A stretch of DNA of 64,000 nt from Pelagomonas calceolata (Eukaryota). Under the pieces are notes generated by a model, which saw nothing but the letters and a program-made list of their open reading frames with translations, ran no database searches and had not been told where the DNA came from. Made by a program: the position numbers and the translations under genes. Positions within the stretch are counted from its first letter, which is position 1. The number at the start of each line of letters is the position of its first letter. Location of the stretch: the NCBI GenBank assembly GCA_918797485.1, contig CAKKNE010000002.1, forward strand, positions 4,712,001 to 4,776,000, given 5' to 3'. This document shows positions 62,254 through 64,000 of the stretch, one piece after another.

Positions 62254-62280
62254 GCTTGCTAGTGTCTTACCGACGCTAGC
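62254..62280 (+). promoter_or_regulatory. Conserved double-CTAG upstream motif, copy 7
   Basis: gcttgctagtgtcttaccgacgctagc, between divergent ATGs 62197 and 62474. Confidence 0.6.
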
Positions 62281-62473
62281 TACGGCTTTTGCGGGCGCGG
62301 CTTGTTTTTGGGCACCAGGGCTATAGACTGATTATAGCGCTGTAAGGAAAGTCATCAACGTCTCACAGCGCCGCTGCAAAACAACTCGTACTGCCCTCGG
62401 AGCCTCTGAGAAGCCACCAAGCTGCCACTGGCTGTGCATAGCAAGAGCTGTGTCGCCACATTGATCGATAGCG

Positions 62474-63772
62474 ATGTCCGCACAACTCGCGGAGGACTCG
62501 TCAGACGGCGACGACGCGACTCTCGTCGGTCTGCGGGCAATAGGCGAAGATGAACCACTCGTCGACCCAAACGCGGACACCTTCGAGCTCGACCTCGGCG
62601 CGGGCCGACGAGTGGTCATACCGATGGACCGCGCAGCCCAGCGCCGCGGCGTCGCCGGCGCGTCGGGCACGGAGGCCGCGTCGGAGACCGGCGCGGTCGT
62701 CTGGGACGGCGCGGTACTGCTAGCGCGTCGCCCGGCACGGCGCCCAAACGAAAAGCGCAACGTACTGGAGCTGGGCGCGGGCTGCGGGCTGACAGGTATA
62801 GCCTGGGCCGTGACCCTGGGGGCCAACGGCTGCAATTTGACCTTGACCGATAGACCGCACCGGCTCCAGGCGCTGCGAGAAAACGCTCGGCGCAACGGCG
62901 TCCAGGCAACGGTTGCGGCTCTAGACTGGACGCGGGCCCTGGAAGACGCGGCACAACTCGAGTTGTTTGGCTCTTCAGATGTCGTCCTCGCGGCGGACTG
63001 CGTGTACGACGAGGCGCTCGCCACGCCCCTCGTGCGCACGATCTCCTACGCGATGCACGACGAGTCGATCGCCTTCGTCGCGGTCGACGAGGCGAATCGG
63101 CGGCCCGCGGCCCTCAGGGCCTTCCTGCGCGTCGCCGAGCGCGCGTTTAGCTATTTCAGGGAGGAATCATATGGAATGGAACCGCGGAGCCGATGGAGCC
63201 ACGGCCACGACCGTGAGTCCATCCGGCTCTTCGTATTTCGCGGCCCGCGGCTCTTCGACCCGCGACGGCCTCTTCGCGTAATAATAGCAGGCCCCTGCGG
63301 CTGCGGCAAGACCACGGTCGGCAGGGAGCTGGCCGCGGTCCTCGGCCTCCCGTTCATCGAGGGCGACGACCTGCACCCCGAGGCCAACCGGGCGAAGATG
63401 GCGCGCGGCGAGCCGCTCGACGACGCCGACCGCGCGCCCTGGCTCGAACGCATCCGGGCCGCGGTCGGCGCCAGCCAGGAGGGCGCCGTCGCGAGCTGCT
63501 CGGCGCTCAAGCAGATTTATCGAGACGCGCTCGGCCCGGTGCGCATCGCTCTGCTGGACGTGCCCGAGGCCGTCGCGCGGGAACGGGTCGAAAAGCGGTC
63601 GGGCCACTACATGCCCGCGTCGCTCGTCGCGTCGCAGTACGCGGCGCTCGAGCTGCCCGCGGTAGAGTGCCGGGCCTTGGTCTTCGACGGGACGCTCGCG
63701 CCGGCCGCGCTCGTCGACGAGATCGTCGGGACGATCGCCAAGGACGAGCTCTGGCGTCGGTCCTGCCGCTGA
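62474..63772 (+). CDS. METTL21-type (family 16) methyltransferase fused to gluconokinase
   Basis: TGAVVWDGA, VLELGAGCGL, AADCVYD; then GPCGCGKT, EGDDLHP.AN..KMARGEPL.D.DR.PWL, SCSALK, GHYMPASLV.SQ. Confidence 0.85.
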   Translation: MSAQLAEDSSDGDDATLVGLRAIGEDEPLVDPNADTFELDLGAGRRVVIPMDRAAQRRGVAGASGTEAASETGAVVWDGAVLLARRPARRPNEKRNVLELGAGCGLTGIAWAVTLGANGCNLTLTDRPHRLQALRENARRNGVQATVAALDWTRALEDAAQLELFGSSDVVLAADCVYDEALATPLVRTISYAMHDESIAFVAVDEANRRPAALRAFLRVAERAFSYFREESYGMEPRSRWSHGHDRESIRLFVFRGPRLFDPRRPLRVIIAGPCGCGKTTVGRELAAVLGLPFIEGDDLHPEANRAKMARGEPLDDADRAPWLERIRAAVGASQEGAVASCSALKQIYRDALGPVRIALLDVPEAVARERVEKRSGHYMPASLVASQYAALELPAVECRALVFDGTLAPAALVDEIVGTIAKDELWRRSCR

Positions 63773-64000
63773 CTAAGCTTTTTGTGGTGTGTGTTTATTG
63801 CATCTCTGTCAGCAAAACCCGTCACAGCACTGTTTCTTTGTTTATACGACCTTGCCGGACGCACCGGTCGTCGTTATACACTTGATCACGCGCGAATAGC
63901 TCGTTCTCCAACGTGCGTGTCCGCCACTCTGCATTCTTCAGCGATCTCAGGCAAGTAAGATCCTGATTAAAGAGATAAAGAGACTGCCCTGAAAGACATG

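Noticed and set aside
1..64000. tRNA, rRNA, transposase or viral genes
   Set aside because: No recognisable signatures by eye; small RNAs cannot be excluded without tRNAscan/Infernal

Overview
Gene-dense, GC-rich eukaryotic DNA; no operons, rRNA, tRNA or CRISPR were seen. Gene content and intron style suggest a pelagophyte-type stramenopile picoalga (Pelagomonas/Aureococcus-like; inference). About 30 protein-coding genes can be supported, several reconstructed across introns. They include clathrin heavy chain, a DHX57-like DEAH helicase, anoctamin, calpain, D-2-hydroxyglutarate dehydrogenase, a Nup214-like FG nucleoporin, a single-domain voltage-gated channel, NSE2, Gemin2, NOSIP and SPRING1. 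Main non-obvious structure: (1) a ~27-bp bipartite motif CTTGCTAGTGTCTTAC-n-CCGCTAG occurs 7 times, always intergenic and ~140-230 bp upstream of a start codon; (2) many introns are transposon-like introner elements with CTG...CAG terminal inverted repeats and 8-bp target-site duplications that supply the donor site, plus a second group of mutually homologous introns; (3) three unusual enzyme fusions (FGGY kinase + ribulose-5-P 3-epimerase, METTL21-type methyltransferase + gluconokinase, Cof-HAD + Mpo1/DUF962); (4) a membrane-anchored HECT ligase truncated at an introner; (5) several local duplications and gene relics. All domain calls come from motif recognition by eye, with no database search.
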